In this document: positions 1 to 13,100 of the stretch, piece by piece
Layout of the letters: every line of letters begins with the position of its first letter
Numbering within the stretch: position 1 is the first letter of the stretch
From: Eledone cirrhosa
Lineage: Eukaryota
Direction: 5' to 3'
Assembly (NCBI GenBank): GCA_964016885.1
Contig: OZ024741.1
Span: 36,518,001 to 36,582,000 of the forward strand
DNA length: 64,000 nucleotides
Position numbers and translations under genes: made by a program
Notes under the pieces: model-generated
The model's input: only the letters and a program-made list of their open reading frames with translations
The model's database searches: none
What the model was told of the DNA's origin: nothing

Positions 1-268
1 AACCTCCCATGAGATGCAACCTTGTAGGTCAACTAAACCTATATAGGTGTGAGCTGTAACAATATGATAGGACTGGGGCAGGGATTGGGTGCGGCTATCA
101 TTAAAAAAGAAACCTATGCGATGCAACCTTGTAGGTCAACTAAACCTACATAGGTGTGAGCTGTAACAATATGATAGGACTGGGTTGGGGCTATCATTAA
201 AACAGAAACCTCCTATGAGATGCAATTTTGTAGGAGGTCAATTATACCTACATATGTGTGAGATGTAA
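1..268. repeat. Imperfect tandem repeat, ~100-110 bp unit, ~2.5 copies (may continue upstream)
   Basis: gatgcaaccttgtaggtcaactaaacct...gtgtgagctgtaac recurs at ~13, ~120 and (diverged) ~219. Confidence 0.8.
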
Positions 269-307
269 ATTTCATTTTTATTTCAGTCAATTATGTTATT
301 ATTATTA

Positions 308-720
308 GGGCGGTGAATTGGCAGTATCGGTAGAGCGTCAGATACCATGCTTTACAGCATAGAGTTATGGCCCTTTGCGTTCTGAGGTCAAATCCTGCCG
401 AGGTTAACTTTGCCTTTCATCCTTACGGGGCTGATAAAATAAAGTACCAGTAATGTGCTGGGATAATTGCTGGCCTTGTGCCAAAAGTAGAAACAATTAT
501 TATTAGGGCGGTGGATTGGCAGCATCGGTAAAGTGTCGGACACCTTGCTTAGCAGCATAGAGTTACGGCCTTTTACATTCTGAGATCAAATTCTGCCGAG
601 ATTAGTTTTGATTTCATCCTTATGGGGTTGATAAAATAACGCACCAGTAATGCACTGCGGTTGATTTAATCAACTTTCCCTAAATTGTGGCCTTGTGCCT
701 ATAGTAGAAATCATTATTAT
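308..720 (+). mobile_element. Two tandem copies of tRNA-derived SINE family A (~195 bp)
   Basis: A-box-like tggcagtatcgg, B-box-like g(t/g)tcaaatcc, core actttgcctttcatccttacgggg..gataaaataaagtaccag, (att)n tail. Other copies at ~1357-1545, 4875-5070, 43253-43660 (two), 63624-63815; decayed minus-strand copies at 7195-7510. Confidence 0.85.
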
Positions 721-733
721 TCTCTTGTTCTAG

Positions 734-909
734 GTGATTGGATCAAAGTGAAAGATCCTCGATGGGCCTTAGCAATTGAGGTTTGTTTGAAAAACCTCAT
801 ATCTTCATTTTGTGTACATGATCATGATGACTGCCGCCAGTTAGAGAAAATATTCAAGGAAGTATCTCCAAAAGCTAAACCTCCTCCATTTATAATCAGC
901 CAATTCCAA
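734..909 (+). CDS. SMC6: SMC6 internal exon (hinge region; GDWIKVKDPRWALAIEVCLKNLISSFCVHDHDD...PPPFIISQFQ)
   Basis: Acceptor ttgttctag|, donor |gtgagt. The peptide resembles the vertebrate SMC6 hinge as I recall it (AIExCLKxLLxAYC...PPIIVSEF). Confidence 0.9.
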
Positions 910-950
910 GTGAGTGCCATTTCTTTATATATCAAACTTTTCTGTTTTAA

Positions 951-2082
951 CCCTTTAGAATTTAAACTGGCCATATCCGGCCAGAACAACCCTGAGCACC
1001 TTTTTGAATTCCATATGTCTAACACCCGTGGGCATGCCTTCAAAGTCAGAAAACAGCACAGCTCCCATGACTTTCAGAAGCATTTTTTTACGCTCAGAGT
1101 TGCTGAAGCTTGGAACAAACTACCTGCATCAGTTGTTAGCTGTCAGGACACTGCATCCTTTAAGACCTCCATGCATCCCGAAATTCACCAACACTACATC
1201 TGATATTCCCCCTCCATACACACATGTATCTGTGTGTATATTATGACTCATATACTGTTCACTTTCCAGATATTTGTACATTATTCTATGTACTATACAT
1301 GCACCTTTGATGAGTTGTAGTGCACCTGAGCACTGTACACAATGATTTCATTATTATTGGCAGTATCAGTAGCGGGTCGGATGCCATGCTTTCACGCATA
1401 GAGTTACGGCTCTTGCTATTCTGAGTTCAAATCCCGCCAAGGTTAACTTTGCCTTTCATCCTTACGGGGTCAATAAAATAAAGTACCAGTAATGCACTGA
1501 GTAATTGCTGGCCTTGTGCCAAAAGTAGAAACAATTATTATTATTTATGCAGTAATACCTGCCTTCCTTTGCGCACAGACTTAAACTTATACTCAGTAGG
1601 CACCTCTTAATCCAATATACACTCCCCTTCCACTTACGCCCACACCACCCGTACTCCATAAAGTTATGTTGGTACCACAAAACACCCAGTCCACACTGTA
1701 AAGTGGTCGTGTAGGAGACACGGCAAAAAGCACCCAGCATACACTGTAAATGTGGTTGGCTTTAGGAAGGGCATCCAGCCATAGAAAACTAGCCAGAAAC
1801 AGTCCTATATGAGTGAAATATGGTCACCTGACCCAACTTGTCTCTAAATGGGAGAAACCCTTCTACCCCATGCTAGCGTAGAAGATAGATGTTAAACGAT
1901 GATGATTATGTATTAATTCTCTCACCTCTTTCTGTTTAAACTGGCTGTAACCAGCCACTCATACTGATGTTAAGGTATTCTCAAAATAAATATCAAAATC
2001 TCATAAATTCGATATTATGTGAGATAAAGCCTTTACCATGAAAGTATGATAGTAGATATAGAGTAATGTAAATACTAAAGGG
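951..2082. mobile_element. piggyBac-type MITE split by nested retroelements (MITE halves 951-986 and ~1915-2082)
   Basis: ttaa|ccctttag left end, ctaaaggg right end. The joined halves match uninterrupted copies at 24614-24790 and 43688-43917. Confidence 0.75.
987..1356 (+). mobile_element. 3' fragment of a CR1/L2/Jockey-group LINE
   Basis: NTRGHAFK...HFFTLRVAEAWNKLPASVV...SFK is the typical ORF2 C-terminus, followed by a UTR and (att)n tail. A tail-only copy lies at ~7929-7972. Confidence 0.8.
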
Positions 2083-2516
2083 TTTCATTACCATATTTAT
2101 TCTGAAAGACACTGCCCATGATTTTCAACTCATTTTTAAAAGTGGAGTGGTGTTAGGAAGGGCATCCAGCTGTAGAAACCAAGCCAGAATCAGTTCCAGT
2201 CCCACCCTTGCAAACAGGGAAAAGTGGACGTAAAATGAAATGATGATGATGATGAACTTTCTCATCATTAAGGTGGGCTTTCTAACCAATGTTCTAACTA
2301 CTAACCAAATTGCTGTAGGTAGAATCACCAGACATCAGACAAGATGCAAAAACACCAAAAAATAGCCCCAAAATAAATAAAATAACATAAAAGGAATAAT
2401 AGGGGGGCAGGGTTGGAATAAGCAGGGGGTAGTGGAAAATCGGTAATTTTTCTAGCTTGTCTCCCATTGCTGTTTTTTTTTTTTGCTAATGATACTTTCA
2501 TTTATTTTTCTTTCAG

Positions 2517-2543
2517 TCACACCTTTATGATGTCTCCAAAAAT
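2517..2543 (+). CDS. SMC6: SMC6 27-nt microexon (SHLYDVSKN)
   Basis: Polypyrimidine tract + tttcag|, donor |gtgagt, phase 0/0. Supplies the YDV motif that follows IISxF in SMC6. Confidence 0.82.
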
Positions 2544-3506
2544 GTGAGTAGAAAATACGATTTTTCTTCTCTTCAAAATTAACCCTTCAAACTCTTAACT
2601 GTTTTTTTTATAAACTTTATTTTACTGTGTAGTTAGGAAAGGTAGGCCAGTGCTCATGGTCTCTTTCAGAGGCCATGAGCACTGGTGGGCAGGAAGGATG
2701 GAGGAAGCTATATTAAGACTGGACACCTGGCCTGAATGCTTGTAACAGAATAGACTCCACAAAAGGCACCTGAGAGCCAGGTGTTGGTGTTTAACTGGAC
2801 AATTGAAAGGAAAATGTCTAAAAACAAGTTTGCATATTCAAGTGTTTATTACTAGTGGATAGTTTGTGAAAATTAGCAGTATTATAGGAAAGAATTTATT
2901 TTTTAATGTGTTCAAAATAATGTGTGTTTAGTTAATTACGTAATAATTGAAAAAACATATGTAAAGAAAAATATTTCCCTCCTCACCACTCTCAGTTCCC
3001 CCTCTCTTTTCACCTTTTTCTCATACACACACATACACTTACCATCCCCTTTCCATAAAGGTTTGATGCCACCACCGTTGCCTCTCTCTCTCCTTCTCCC
3101 TCCCTCACACACACACACACACACACACACACTCTTACCATCTCCTTTCCATAAAGATTTGAAACCACTGCCTCCCTCCCTCTCTTTCTCTCACACACAC
3201 ACATATACTTACCCTCCCCTTTCCAACATGACATACTGCAGAAACACTCGCTTTAATACATCATCATCATCGTTTAACGTCTATCTTCCACGCTAGCATG
3301 GGTTAGACGGGAATTGTCCCATTTGAGGCAAGATTGGTTGGGTGACCGTGTCTCGCTCGTATAGGACTATCTGGCAGGTTTTCTACGGCTGGATGCCCTT
3401 CCTAACACCAACCACATTTACAGTGTGGGCTGGGAGGTTTTTACCGTGTTACCTACACGACCACATTACAAATTCTATTTCAAATCTCTTATATCAATAT
3501 TTATAG

Positions 3507-3590
3507 GCCCCCAGAGACTGTCCCTACCCTACTGTCTTGGACATGCTGGACATAAAGAAGGCTGTTGTTGGTAACTGTCTAATTGATCAG
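3507..3590 (+). CDS. SMC6: SMC6 exon (APRDCPYPTVLDMLDIKKAVVGNCLIDQ)
   Basis: ttatag| acceptor, cag|gtaatt donor, 84 nt. Matches SMC6 PTVLxxLxIxxxVVxNxLID. Confidence 0.9.
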
Positions 3591-3739
3591 GTAATTCATT
3601 TTCAACACTTATCGTTTTTGTTTTTCTTTGTTGTGTTACTTGGTAGGTTTGGTGAAGGGGGCAGTAGTGTCCATGAGCCTTCACAGACCCTCTGAGAGAT
3701 AAAATATTGATGTTGTTGATGTTCTATTTAAATTGCCAC

Positions 3740-3945
3740 AGGTTCACTGAGCAGAGGGAGAGAGAGTTCTAGAAAGACGATGTTTTGAGCTGAAAGGACT
3801 GATCTATCTAGGGTGGGTAAAATTCCCGAGATCCATGGACGAGTTCTCTCCAGCGGGCTCTGTCCCTCAACATCGCCGCCATGTCCTGCATCTCCCAGAG
3901 ACTAGTGTCTGTCTTTAGGGCATCAATATATGTCATCTTCAGCTA
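3740..3945 (-). mobile_element. Old RTE-type 3' fragment
   Basis: Minus strand reads KMTYIDALKTDT...MLRDRARWR, an RTE C-terminal pattern. Confidence 0.5.
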
Positions 3946-4251
3946 TTTCTTTGTCGTGTTGGAACATAACTTAAAAGTTATTACATACTACTATATCTTT
4001 TAATGAAAGACACATTTTCATACCATTTTGAAAATAATCAAGAATTTTTAGGGATGTAGTAATATAAGAAACTTTCTCATTGTTAAGCTGGCTTTTGGAA
4101 CATAACTTAACAAAGGTCCTTACATAACATTGTAATGGAAAGTTTTTAGGTTAATATAGAACCAGTGGCAAAAGTTTTATACTATAAAAAAAAAGGATTA
4201 TTAATTTATTTAATTTTCCTAAATTGCATAAAAATTTTCTTTGTTTTTCAG

Positions 4252-4338
4252 CGAATGATAGAAAATGTTATTTTAATAGAAAGTGCAACTGAAGCCAGAC
4301 GATTTATGAGAAGACATTCGTTACAGTTTATACGAGAA
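4252..4338 (+). CDS. SMC6: SMC6 exon (RMIENVILIESATEARRFMRRHSLQFIRE)
   Basis: tttttcag| acceptor, |gtaagt donor, 87 nt. Matches SMC6 RxIExVLLI...AR..M...RE. Confidence 0.9.
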
Positions 4339-4489
4339 GTAAGTTTGTTTTCTCTCTTCTCAAACCTCCAACTAACATTTCATTGTCATTTAACGTCTTT
4401 TTTTCATGCTAGCAAAGGTTGAATGGGTTTTCAAGTGGAGCTACTAACTTCTGAGATTGGCTGGTGGGCCTGCATCTCCCTTATATACA

Positions 4490-5158
4490 CTAGCAGAAAA
4501 ATCACCTTTCATGTGTACTGTGTATATTGATATTATACGCAAGTATACATGCATGTAGATATGATACATCAAATAAAATTGTAATTGACAATATGCACAG
4601 AAATTGAAGAGAGACTGTGTTACACTCTTTTCTGTAATCAGTAAAGTAATCCAGGATACATTTAAAAAAGACGATATTATATATAAACTGCATTAGGAGA
4701 AAATTAGTGACGGAAATATATGAATGTTTATTTAAGCGATCGCTAACCGGAAGTGTTGACATTTGTATAAATTTTAAAGACGGGAATCTTTAAATAAGCA
4801 ATAAAATATATTTAATCAAAAACTACGAAATTTAGTAGATAAATTATGTAATATTCATTAATTATTTATTCAAAGGGCAGTGGATTGGCAGTATCGGTAG
4901 AGGGTCGGACGCCATGCTTTGACGCATTGAGTTACGGCTCTTGCTATTCTGAGTTCAAATCCCGCCGAGGTTAACTTTGCCTTTCATCCTTACGGGGTCG
5001 ATAAAATAAAGTACCAGTAATGTACTGGGTAATTGCTGGCCTTGTGCCAAAAAGTAGAAACAATTATTTATTCAAAGTAATCCAACTTATTTTACAAACG
5101 GGATAAAAAATTATATTCTGGATGCAGTCCCACACTCCTTTCTTTATTATAGTTAAGA
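4490..5158 (-). mobile_element. Probable non-autonomous Helitron-type element with a SINE-A inserted
   Basis: Minus strand begins A|TCttaactataataaa and ends ctgCTAG|T. The SINE at 4875-5070 is flanked by a tttattcaaag duplication. The subterminal hairpin is not clear. Confidence 0.5.
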
Positions 5159-5409
5159 TTCTTGTGCTCTACTGAGTGTGCAGACAGATCAGGCACCCAC
5201 ATCTTATTTATATATATTTCTACGCTTTAAGAAGTGCATTTTATCATGACATGAACACGAAGGAGGTTGTCAAATCTTTAAACAGCTAAAGAGTCCTTCC
5301 TGGCTCTTTTTTTGGGGTAGTTTTTCTATGGTTGGATACCCTTCTTATCACAAACCACTTTATAGTGTGTACTAGGCTCATTTAACCTGGCTTACAGTCA
5401 TCCTTAGCA

Positions 5410-5945
5410 TGAGGTCATTTTTGTTACCTAGAAGACCTGTTGAATGACAAGCTGTATTGGACTTGGTGATGGTGGCTACAATGAGATGCATATGAGAGGT
5501 GTGCTAATGAGGAAGGATGTGTCCCGGAAACTGAAAGGATAGGGTTGTGATGCATATGTAAGAAGTGCCATGATATATGGGAGCAAGACAGAGGTGATGT
5601 AGAACAGAGATGATTAGAAAGAAGAGAATTGAGAAAAGTGCAGTGGATGAGCAAAGTATTGCAGAGTATGATGAGAATAGAGCCAGTGCTGAATGTTGTG
5701 ACGAGAAATGCATTGAAATGGCTGGGTCATGTGTTGAGGAAGGATTAAAATGACCTAATAAGGGGAATGTTGGAAATGGATGTAGAGAGAGGGAGAAGAC
5801 ATGAAGAAAGATGATGGAGAAGGAAATGAAAGCCAGGGGTTTAATTGAGGGGTAGGATGTAGAGTATAGGGCAAGTTTATCATTAGAGCTTGCAAGGCTA
5901 ACTCCTTTAGTAGGGAAAATGGCCTTTAAATGCTTGTCTTTGTTG
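5410..5945 (+). mobile_element. Decayed RTE 3' fragment
   Basis: Remnants such as LKWLGHVLR and MRKVQWM, with many stops and indels. Confidence 0.6.
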
Positions 5946-6016
5946 TTTAGTCAGTGTAGTCCTAGTTTCTATTGAATGTGATGTATTAAATAACATGCAG
6001 ACCATTTATTTTTCAG

Positions 6017-6286
6017 GCCTTTACATTAGAAGGTGACCAAATATTTCCGGAACCCAACTATCGCTATTATTCAAGTAACATTAACCATTCCCAGTATCTC
6101 TCTGCTAATATGGAAGATATCATTACAAACTGTGAAAATCAATTAAAATCAAAACTCGAGGAGCAAAAATCTTTGCAAGAACATATAGACGGCATATGTT
6201 CTTCGCTGAAATCCAACAGTTTAGAAGAAAGAAAAACATTAAATGAGATAAAAAATTTTAATGCTGTTTTACGCAAGTTAAGTCTA
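6017..6286 (+). CDS. SMC6: SMC6 exon (AFTLEGDQIFPEPNYRYYSS...RKLSL; hinge end and start of coiled coil)
   Basis: tttcag| acceptor, |gtaagt donor, 270 nt. AFTxxGDQ and RYYSS are SMC6 motifs; overlaps ORF 6110-6334. Confidence 0.92.
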
Positions 6287-7815
6287 GTAAGTAATCTTTC
6301 TATAGAGACTTTGAGTTGGCTAATGCTTTGTTAGTGAAATTTGGTAGACAGAAATTGTATGGAAGCCCTTTGTATATTCTCCTCCTCTGCTACTGGACGT
6401 ATCCCTTTATCAAGTCTTGTCCATTCCTTCTTATCCATTGAAATGGTTAAAAGGTTATTGTAGGATTTTGCTTCTACAACTGTAAACGTGGTTGGTGTTA
6501 GGAAGGGCATCCAGCCATAGAAAACCTGCCAGGCAATCCTATACGAGCAAGGCAACCAATTTTGCCTCAAGTGGGACAATTCCCGTCTAAACCCATGCTA
6601 GCATGGAAGATAGACGTTAAACGGTGATGATGATGAACTGATCATTTAAAGCTGCGACACTAACTTAATGATGACTAAGTGCTCTGTCATTCAGGTATTT
6701 TTATCAGTTTGTCTTGTCTTAGAAAGTTGACTTCTGATACTAACTAGACGTTCTTCCTCGTCCCACATTGAACTAGCTGTTTGTTTTTCATTCATCAACC
6801 TAGTATTCATTGTATATCAGCCATTGGCAAGTTACATATATATCTTCATGCCTAATTCAGGACCCTATAATGTGTCAGAGTAACTTAGTATTACAGTTTA
6901 TTCAGCATCCCTTGCAGGTGTTTTGAGTCAGAACTGACCTGAAAGTAGTATCAGCTAAAAAGTAATTCAATTCTTCTGAATAACCTGGGTTTCCCAACCC
7001 TAAACTCTGACGGTGAATGCAGTTTGATGTATTTCTAAATCTTCAAATAACAAGCATGGATTATAATGTGATGTAATGTCATCCACCAGCCTGGAATTCT
7101 TGATTGAGTTCTAGGGGCACCACCTTGGACATTTTAAACCTGATGGAGTCTATCCCTCTCCAGGTTAAACATGGCCGATTTCTTTCAGAAGTATTTTATT
7201 TATCAAACTCAATAGGATGAAAAGCAAAGTTGACCTTGATGGGATTTGAGCTCAGATCACAGAGAACAAGAACAGATACTGCAAAGCCTTCTATCTGACG
7301 TTGGGCACCCCTCTTCAGGTCTAAACACAGCCAATGTTTTCCAGGGAGTGAGAGAGAGAGTGAGAAGAATTGACTGGTACTTTATTTATTAACCCCAAAA
7401 GGATAGCAGACAAAGTTGACTTCATTGGGAATTGAAATTAGAGCATAGAGAACCAGAACAAATACCACAAAGCGTTCTATTTGATGTTCTAATGACTATC
7501 AATTCACTGCCCTATGATGTTGCGATGTCACATCATTAATCCTTGCCTCTTATTTACCATAATTTTTTTTATACTTTACTCAAGAAAGTTTATTATACTT
7601 ATGATGGGAGTCCTGACATGGCTGAAGATGGAGGAGGAAAATCAGGGGGTTGGTGACTGGGGTATGCAGACAATAGGGAAACATGGAGAAGCTTTTCATG
7701 GGGCCTGCAAGGCTAACATCAGCTTTGGCAAGAAAAAAAGATGGCCTTAAAAGACTTTTATTTCATTGGAGAATTATAATAGATTGAACTGGAATATTTT
7801 TTCTTTCATTTCCAG

Positions 7816-7872
7816 GAAATGGAAGAATTGCAATTGTTAGCAGATGTTGAACCTATTGATGTAATGGCGCTG
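7816..7872 (+). CDS. SMC6: SMC6 exon (EMEELQLLADVEPIDVMAL)
   Basis: ttccag| acceptor, |gtaagt donor, 57 nt, in frame. Corresponds to SMC6 ExxELxxxEExxxVDIxxL. Confidence 0.87.
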
Positions 7873-8127
7873 GTAAGTGGGAAACTGTTTATTTCTTGTT
7901 TCATTTCTGTTCACATCAGAAAATCTGTAGAGCACCTGAGCACTGTACACAATAATTTCATTATTATTATTATTTTAAATAGGTAAGGAAAGGTTTACCT
8001 GATCAATATAATATTTTTAGTGATTTTCGTAAGATACTGAAGGCCAGAAAACAGACATACCAGGAGGGTGGGGGGTGAAGTTAAGATTCAAATAGTTAAC
8101 ATTTTTCATTTTTTTATAATTTGATAG

Positions 8128-8298
8128 GAAGAAGAATATAGTAAAATATCAAGCCAATTATCAAAACTAGAAGAAACTTACAGAGAAGAGAAAAATACAT
8201 ACAAAAACATACAACAAGAAACAAGTAATTTGGAGAAGAATTTCTTAGAAAAGGAACAGCAGTTGAATTCCCTTAGAACTCAGTTGGAAAGTGTCAAG
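8128..8298 (+). CDS. SMC6: SMC6 coiled-coil exon (EEEYSKISSQLSKLEE...QLESVK)
   Basis: ttgatag| acceptor, aag|gtattt donor, 171 nt open, E/K/Q-rich heptads. Confidence 0.87.
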
Positions 8299-8409
8299 GT
8301 ATTTAATATTTCAATTCTATTATCTTTCAATATTTGCATTACACGTTTTTGTCGTTGTTGTTGTTGTTGTTGTTTGTCGGTATGTTTCTGTAGTCACAAA
8401 CATGGCTGA

Positions 8410-9210
8410 AAAATGATACTATTGGTGCCACTACCAAATGCTACCAGAATACTCTACAAAAGGGTAGTGTTGGTGCCAACAATATAAAATGCACTCAATC
8501 CATTCTGTTATGGATAGTGTTGGTGCCACGATAAAATGAATCTAGTTCACTCTGAAAAGTGAGCTAGTGTTGGTGTCATGATAAAATACGTTTAGCACAC
8601 TTTGTAAAATGGTAGTGTTGATACCATGATAAAATGGACCTAGTTTTCTCTATAAAGTGGTAGTGCTGGTATCATAATAAAATGCACACAGTCCACTCTG
8701 GAATGTAGTAGTGTTGGTGCCAGGATAAAATGCACGCAACCCATTCTATAAGGTGGTTAGTATTAGCAAGGACATCTAGCTGTAGATATCATGCCAAAAC
8801 TCAAAACTGGTACGTGTGAGTAAGCTGAGATTCTACAACTTATCCAGTCTCAAACTATGACAACCTATCCAACCTATGCTATGGAAGTAATCAGGTTATG
8901 GTGTTTCCACAATAAAAAATACCCAGTTCACTCTTTAGCAGTGGTGGTGTCATGATAAAAAAAAACACCCAGATCACCCTGTAAAATGGTTATGATGGTA
9001 CCACAATAAAAAGCCAGTCATGATAAAATTATCCCAATACACACTGTAAAGTTGTTGGCGTTGGGAAGAGCACTCAGCTGTAAAAAGCAAACCTAAAGTG
9101 GAGCCACTGAGTGAGACTTGGTCACTTGACCAGTCAAGCCTCAGAACATGACAGCCCATCTAACTCACGCAGGCATAGAAAATAAATGTTAAATGGTGAT
9201 GGTGGTGATG
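8410..9210 (+). repeat. Diverged ~47-48 bp tandem units ending in RTE-type 3' tails
   Basis: Repeated tagtgttggtgccac.ataaaatg....agtccactctg.aaagtgg, then gttggcgttgggaagagcactcagctgta and a (gat/ggt)n tail. Confidence 0.7.
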
Positions 9211-9975
9211 GAAGTGGCTGGATATGCATTTTATTGTGGCACCAACACTATCCCTTTATAGAATGGACAGTAGCCATACGTAGATACAATATATACCTGG
9301 TGAGTTTTTCATTTTGTCAGATATTAGCCTGTCTCATCGCTCAATGTTTTGTCAGATTGATGTCATCTTTATGTACTTATCTGTCCTGAGATGACTCTTT
9401 AAGTTCAGCTGATGTTTTACAAGCTATAGAGTTAATATGACAGACAAAACTCAGCATCTCAATAGGACTGGCTGCGTGTGTCCATGGAATCTCACTCTTG
9501 TGCATACGTTATAGTAGCAATGCATGGTTTTGATTTGCACACTGAAGTACTTTGTGGTGTACGTGGTGGGTGGGATAAAACCCTAAAGCACAGAAGTAGT
9601 TTGTGGTGTACAGGGGGGGGGGGGGGATAGTTTATGGTGTATGAGTGGCAGGGGAGGCAAGGGATTAGTAATTATGGCTTTTTTCTGTGTGAATGTGTGT
9701 GACTTCATGTGATTAATGGAGCCTTCTTTCAAAAGAACGTAACTACAGGTCACAACATGCATAAACACTAAGACAAACAGACATACACAAATACACACTT
9801 TCATTCACAGGTACATAAACACATTGTCACAAGCACACTTACACACACAAATGCAAGCACACAAAAACACAAACATACACACACTAACACAAATACATGC
9901 ATGCAGAAATACAGGCACATACACTCACAAACAGACACTCAGCCATCTATATTTGACATGATATTTTTTTCCCAG

Positions 9976-10113
9976 GAGAAAGATGTCCGTCTTTTAACTG
10001 ATCATGCTGAGGCAGAGTCATGTTATAGCCATTATGAAAAAAAATTTAAAGAACAACAGAAGAAAATAGCTCAGAAAATTTCCCTCGTCGACAAAATTAA
10101 CACAGAAATCAAG
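9976..10113 (+). CDS. SMC6: SMC6 coiled-coil exon (EKDVRLLTD...SHYEKKFKEQQ...TEIK)
   Basis: ttcccag| acceptor, aag|gtatgt donor, 138 nt. HYExKxKE motif as in SMC6. Confidence 0.88.
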
Positions 10114-10181
10114 GTATGTGGAAGAGTTCTTATTTGCAAGCAATAACGGTAGAGCATCAGATGCAGTATCAAGCTTACTTT

Positions 10182-13100
10182 AGGTGGTAGTGCTGGTACC
10201 ACAACAAACTGTACCTAGTCCACACTGTCAGGTGGTAGTGTTGGTACCACAATAAACTCTACCTAGTCCACACTGTCAGGTGATAGTGCTGGTACCACAA
10301 TAAACTCTACCTAGTCCACACTGTCAGGTGATAGTGCTGGTACCACAATAAACTGTACCTCGTCCACATTGTCAGGTGGTAGTGCTGGTACCACAATAAA
10401 CTGTACCTAGTCCACACTGTCAGGTGATAGTGCTGGTACCACAATACACTGTACCTAGTCCACACTGTCAGGTGGTAGTGCTGGTACCACAATAAACTGT
10501 ACCTAGTCCACACTGTCAGGTGATAGTGCTGGTACCACAATAAACTGTACCTAGTCCACACTGTCAGGTGATAGTGCTGGTACCACAATAAACTGTACCT
10601 AGTCCACACTGTCAAGTGGTAGTGCTGGTACCACAATAAACTGTACCTAGTCCACACTGTCAGGTGGTAGTGCTGGTACCACAATAAACTCTACCTAGTC
10701 CACACTGTCAGGTGGTAGTGTTTGTACCACAATACACTGTACCTAGTCCACACTGTCAGGTGATAGTGCTGGTACCACAATACACTGTACCTAGTCCACA
10801 CTGTCAGGTGATAGTGCTGGTGCCACAATAAACTGTACCTAGTCCACACTGTCAGGTGGTAGTGCTGATACCACAATAAACTGTACCTAGTCCACATTGT
10901 CAGGTGGTAGTGCTGGTACCACAATAAACTGTACCTAGTCCACACTGTCAGGTGGTAGTGCTGGTACCACAATAAACTGTAACTAGTCCACACTGTCAGG
11001 TGATAGTGTTGGTACCACAATAAAATGTACCTAGTCCACACTGTCAGGTGATAGTGCTAGTACCACAATAAACTGTACCTAGTCCACAATGTCAGGTGGT
11101 AGTGCTGGTACCACAATAAAATGTACCTAGTCCACACTGTCAGGTGGTAGTGCTGGTACCACAATAAATTGTACCTAGTCCACACTGTCAGGTGATAGTG
11201 CTGGTACCACAATAAACTGTACCTAGTCCACACTGTCAGGTGGTAGTGCTGGTACCACAATACACTGTACCTAGTCCACACTGTCAGGTGATAGTGCTGG
11301 TACCACAATACACTGTACCTAGTCCACGCTGTCAGGTGATAGTGCTGGTACCACAATAAAATGTACCTAGTCCACACTGTCAGGTGGTAGTACTGGTAGC
11401 TCAATAAACTGTACCTAGTCCACACTGTCAGGTGATAGTGTTGGTACCACAAACTGTACCTAATCCACACTGTCAGGTGGTAGTGCTGGTACCACAATAA
11501 TCTGTACCTAGTCCACACTGTCAGGTGGTAGTGCTGGTACCACAATACACTGTACCTAGTCCACACTGTCAGGTGGTAGTGCTGGTACCACAATAAACTG
11601 TACCTAGTCCACACTGTCAGGTGATAGTGCTGGTACCACAATAAACTGTACCTAGTCCACACTGTCAGGTGATAGTGCTGGTACCACAATAAACTGTACC
11701 TAGTCCACACTGTCAGGTGATAGTGCTGGTACCACAATAAACTGTACCTAGTCCACACTGTCAGGTGGTAGTGCTGGTACCACAATAAACTGTACCTAGT
11801 CCACACTGTCAGGTGGTAGTGTTTGTACCACAATACACTGTACCTAGTCCACACTGTCAGGTGATAGTGCTGGTACCACAATACACTGTACCTAGTCCAC
11901 AATGTCAGGTGATAGTGTTGGTGCCACAATAAACTGTACCTAGTCCACACTGTCAGGTGGTAGTGCTGGTACCACAATAAACTGTACCTAGTCCACACTG
12001 TCAGGTGGTAGTGCTGGTACCACAATAAACTGTACCTAGTCCACACTGTCAGGTGGTAGTGCTGATACCACAATAAACTCTACCTAGTCCACACTGTCAG
12101 GTGGTAGTGCTGGTACCACAATAAAATGTACCTAGTCCACACTGTCAGGTGGTAGTGCTGGTACCACAATAAACTGTACCTAGTCCACACTGTCAGGTGA
12201 TAGTGTTGGTACCTCAATAAACTGTACCTAATCCACACTGTCAGGTGGTAGTGCTGGTACCACAATAATCTGTACCTAGTCCACACTGTCAGGTGGTAGT
12301 GCTGGTACCACAATAAACTGTACCTAGTCCACACGGTCAGGTGGTAGTGCTGGTACCACAATAAACTGTACTTAGTTCACACTGTCAGGTAATAGTGCTG
12401 GTACCACAATAAACTGTACCTAGTCCACACTGTCAAGTGGTAGTGCTGGTACCATAATAAACTGTACCTAGTCCATACTGTCAGGTGGTAGTACTGGTAC
12501 CTCAATAAATTGTACCTAGTCCACACTGTCAGCTGCTAGTGCTGGTACCACAATAAACTGTATCTAGTCCACACTGTCAGGTGATAGTGCTGGTACCACA
12601 ATAAACTGCACCTAGTCCACACTGTCAGGTGGTAGTGCTGGTACCTCAATAAACTGTACCTAGTCCACAATGTCAGGTGGTAGTGCTGGTACCACAATAC
12701 ACTGTACCTAGTCCACACTGTCAGGTGATAGTGTTGGTACCACAATAAACTGTACCTAGTCCACAGTCGGGTGACTGTTGGTACCACAATAAACTGTACC
12801 TAGTCCACAATGTCAGGTGGTAGTGCTGGTACCACAATACACTGTACCTAGTCCACACTGTCAGGTGGTAATGTTGCTACCACAATAAACTACCTAACCC
12901 ACACTGTCAGGTGATAGTGCTGGTACCACAATAAAATGTACCTAGTCCACACTGTCAGGTGATAGTGCTGGTACCACAATACACTGTACCTAGTCCACTC
13001 TGTCAGGTGGTAGTGCTGGTACCACAATAAACTCTACCTAGTCCACACTGTCAGGTGGTAGTGCTGGTACCACAATAAGCTGTACCTAGTCGACACTGTC

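Noticed and set aside
685-1203. 172-aa ORF as a single gene
   Set aside because: Chance in-frame fusion of an SMC6 exon, intron/MITE sequence and a LINE fragment; the exon ends at a gtgagt donor after 909.
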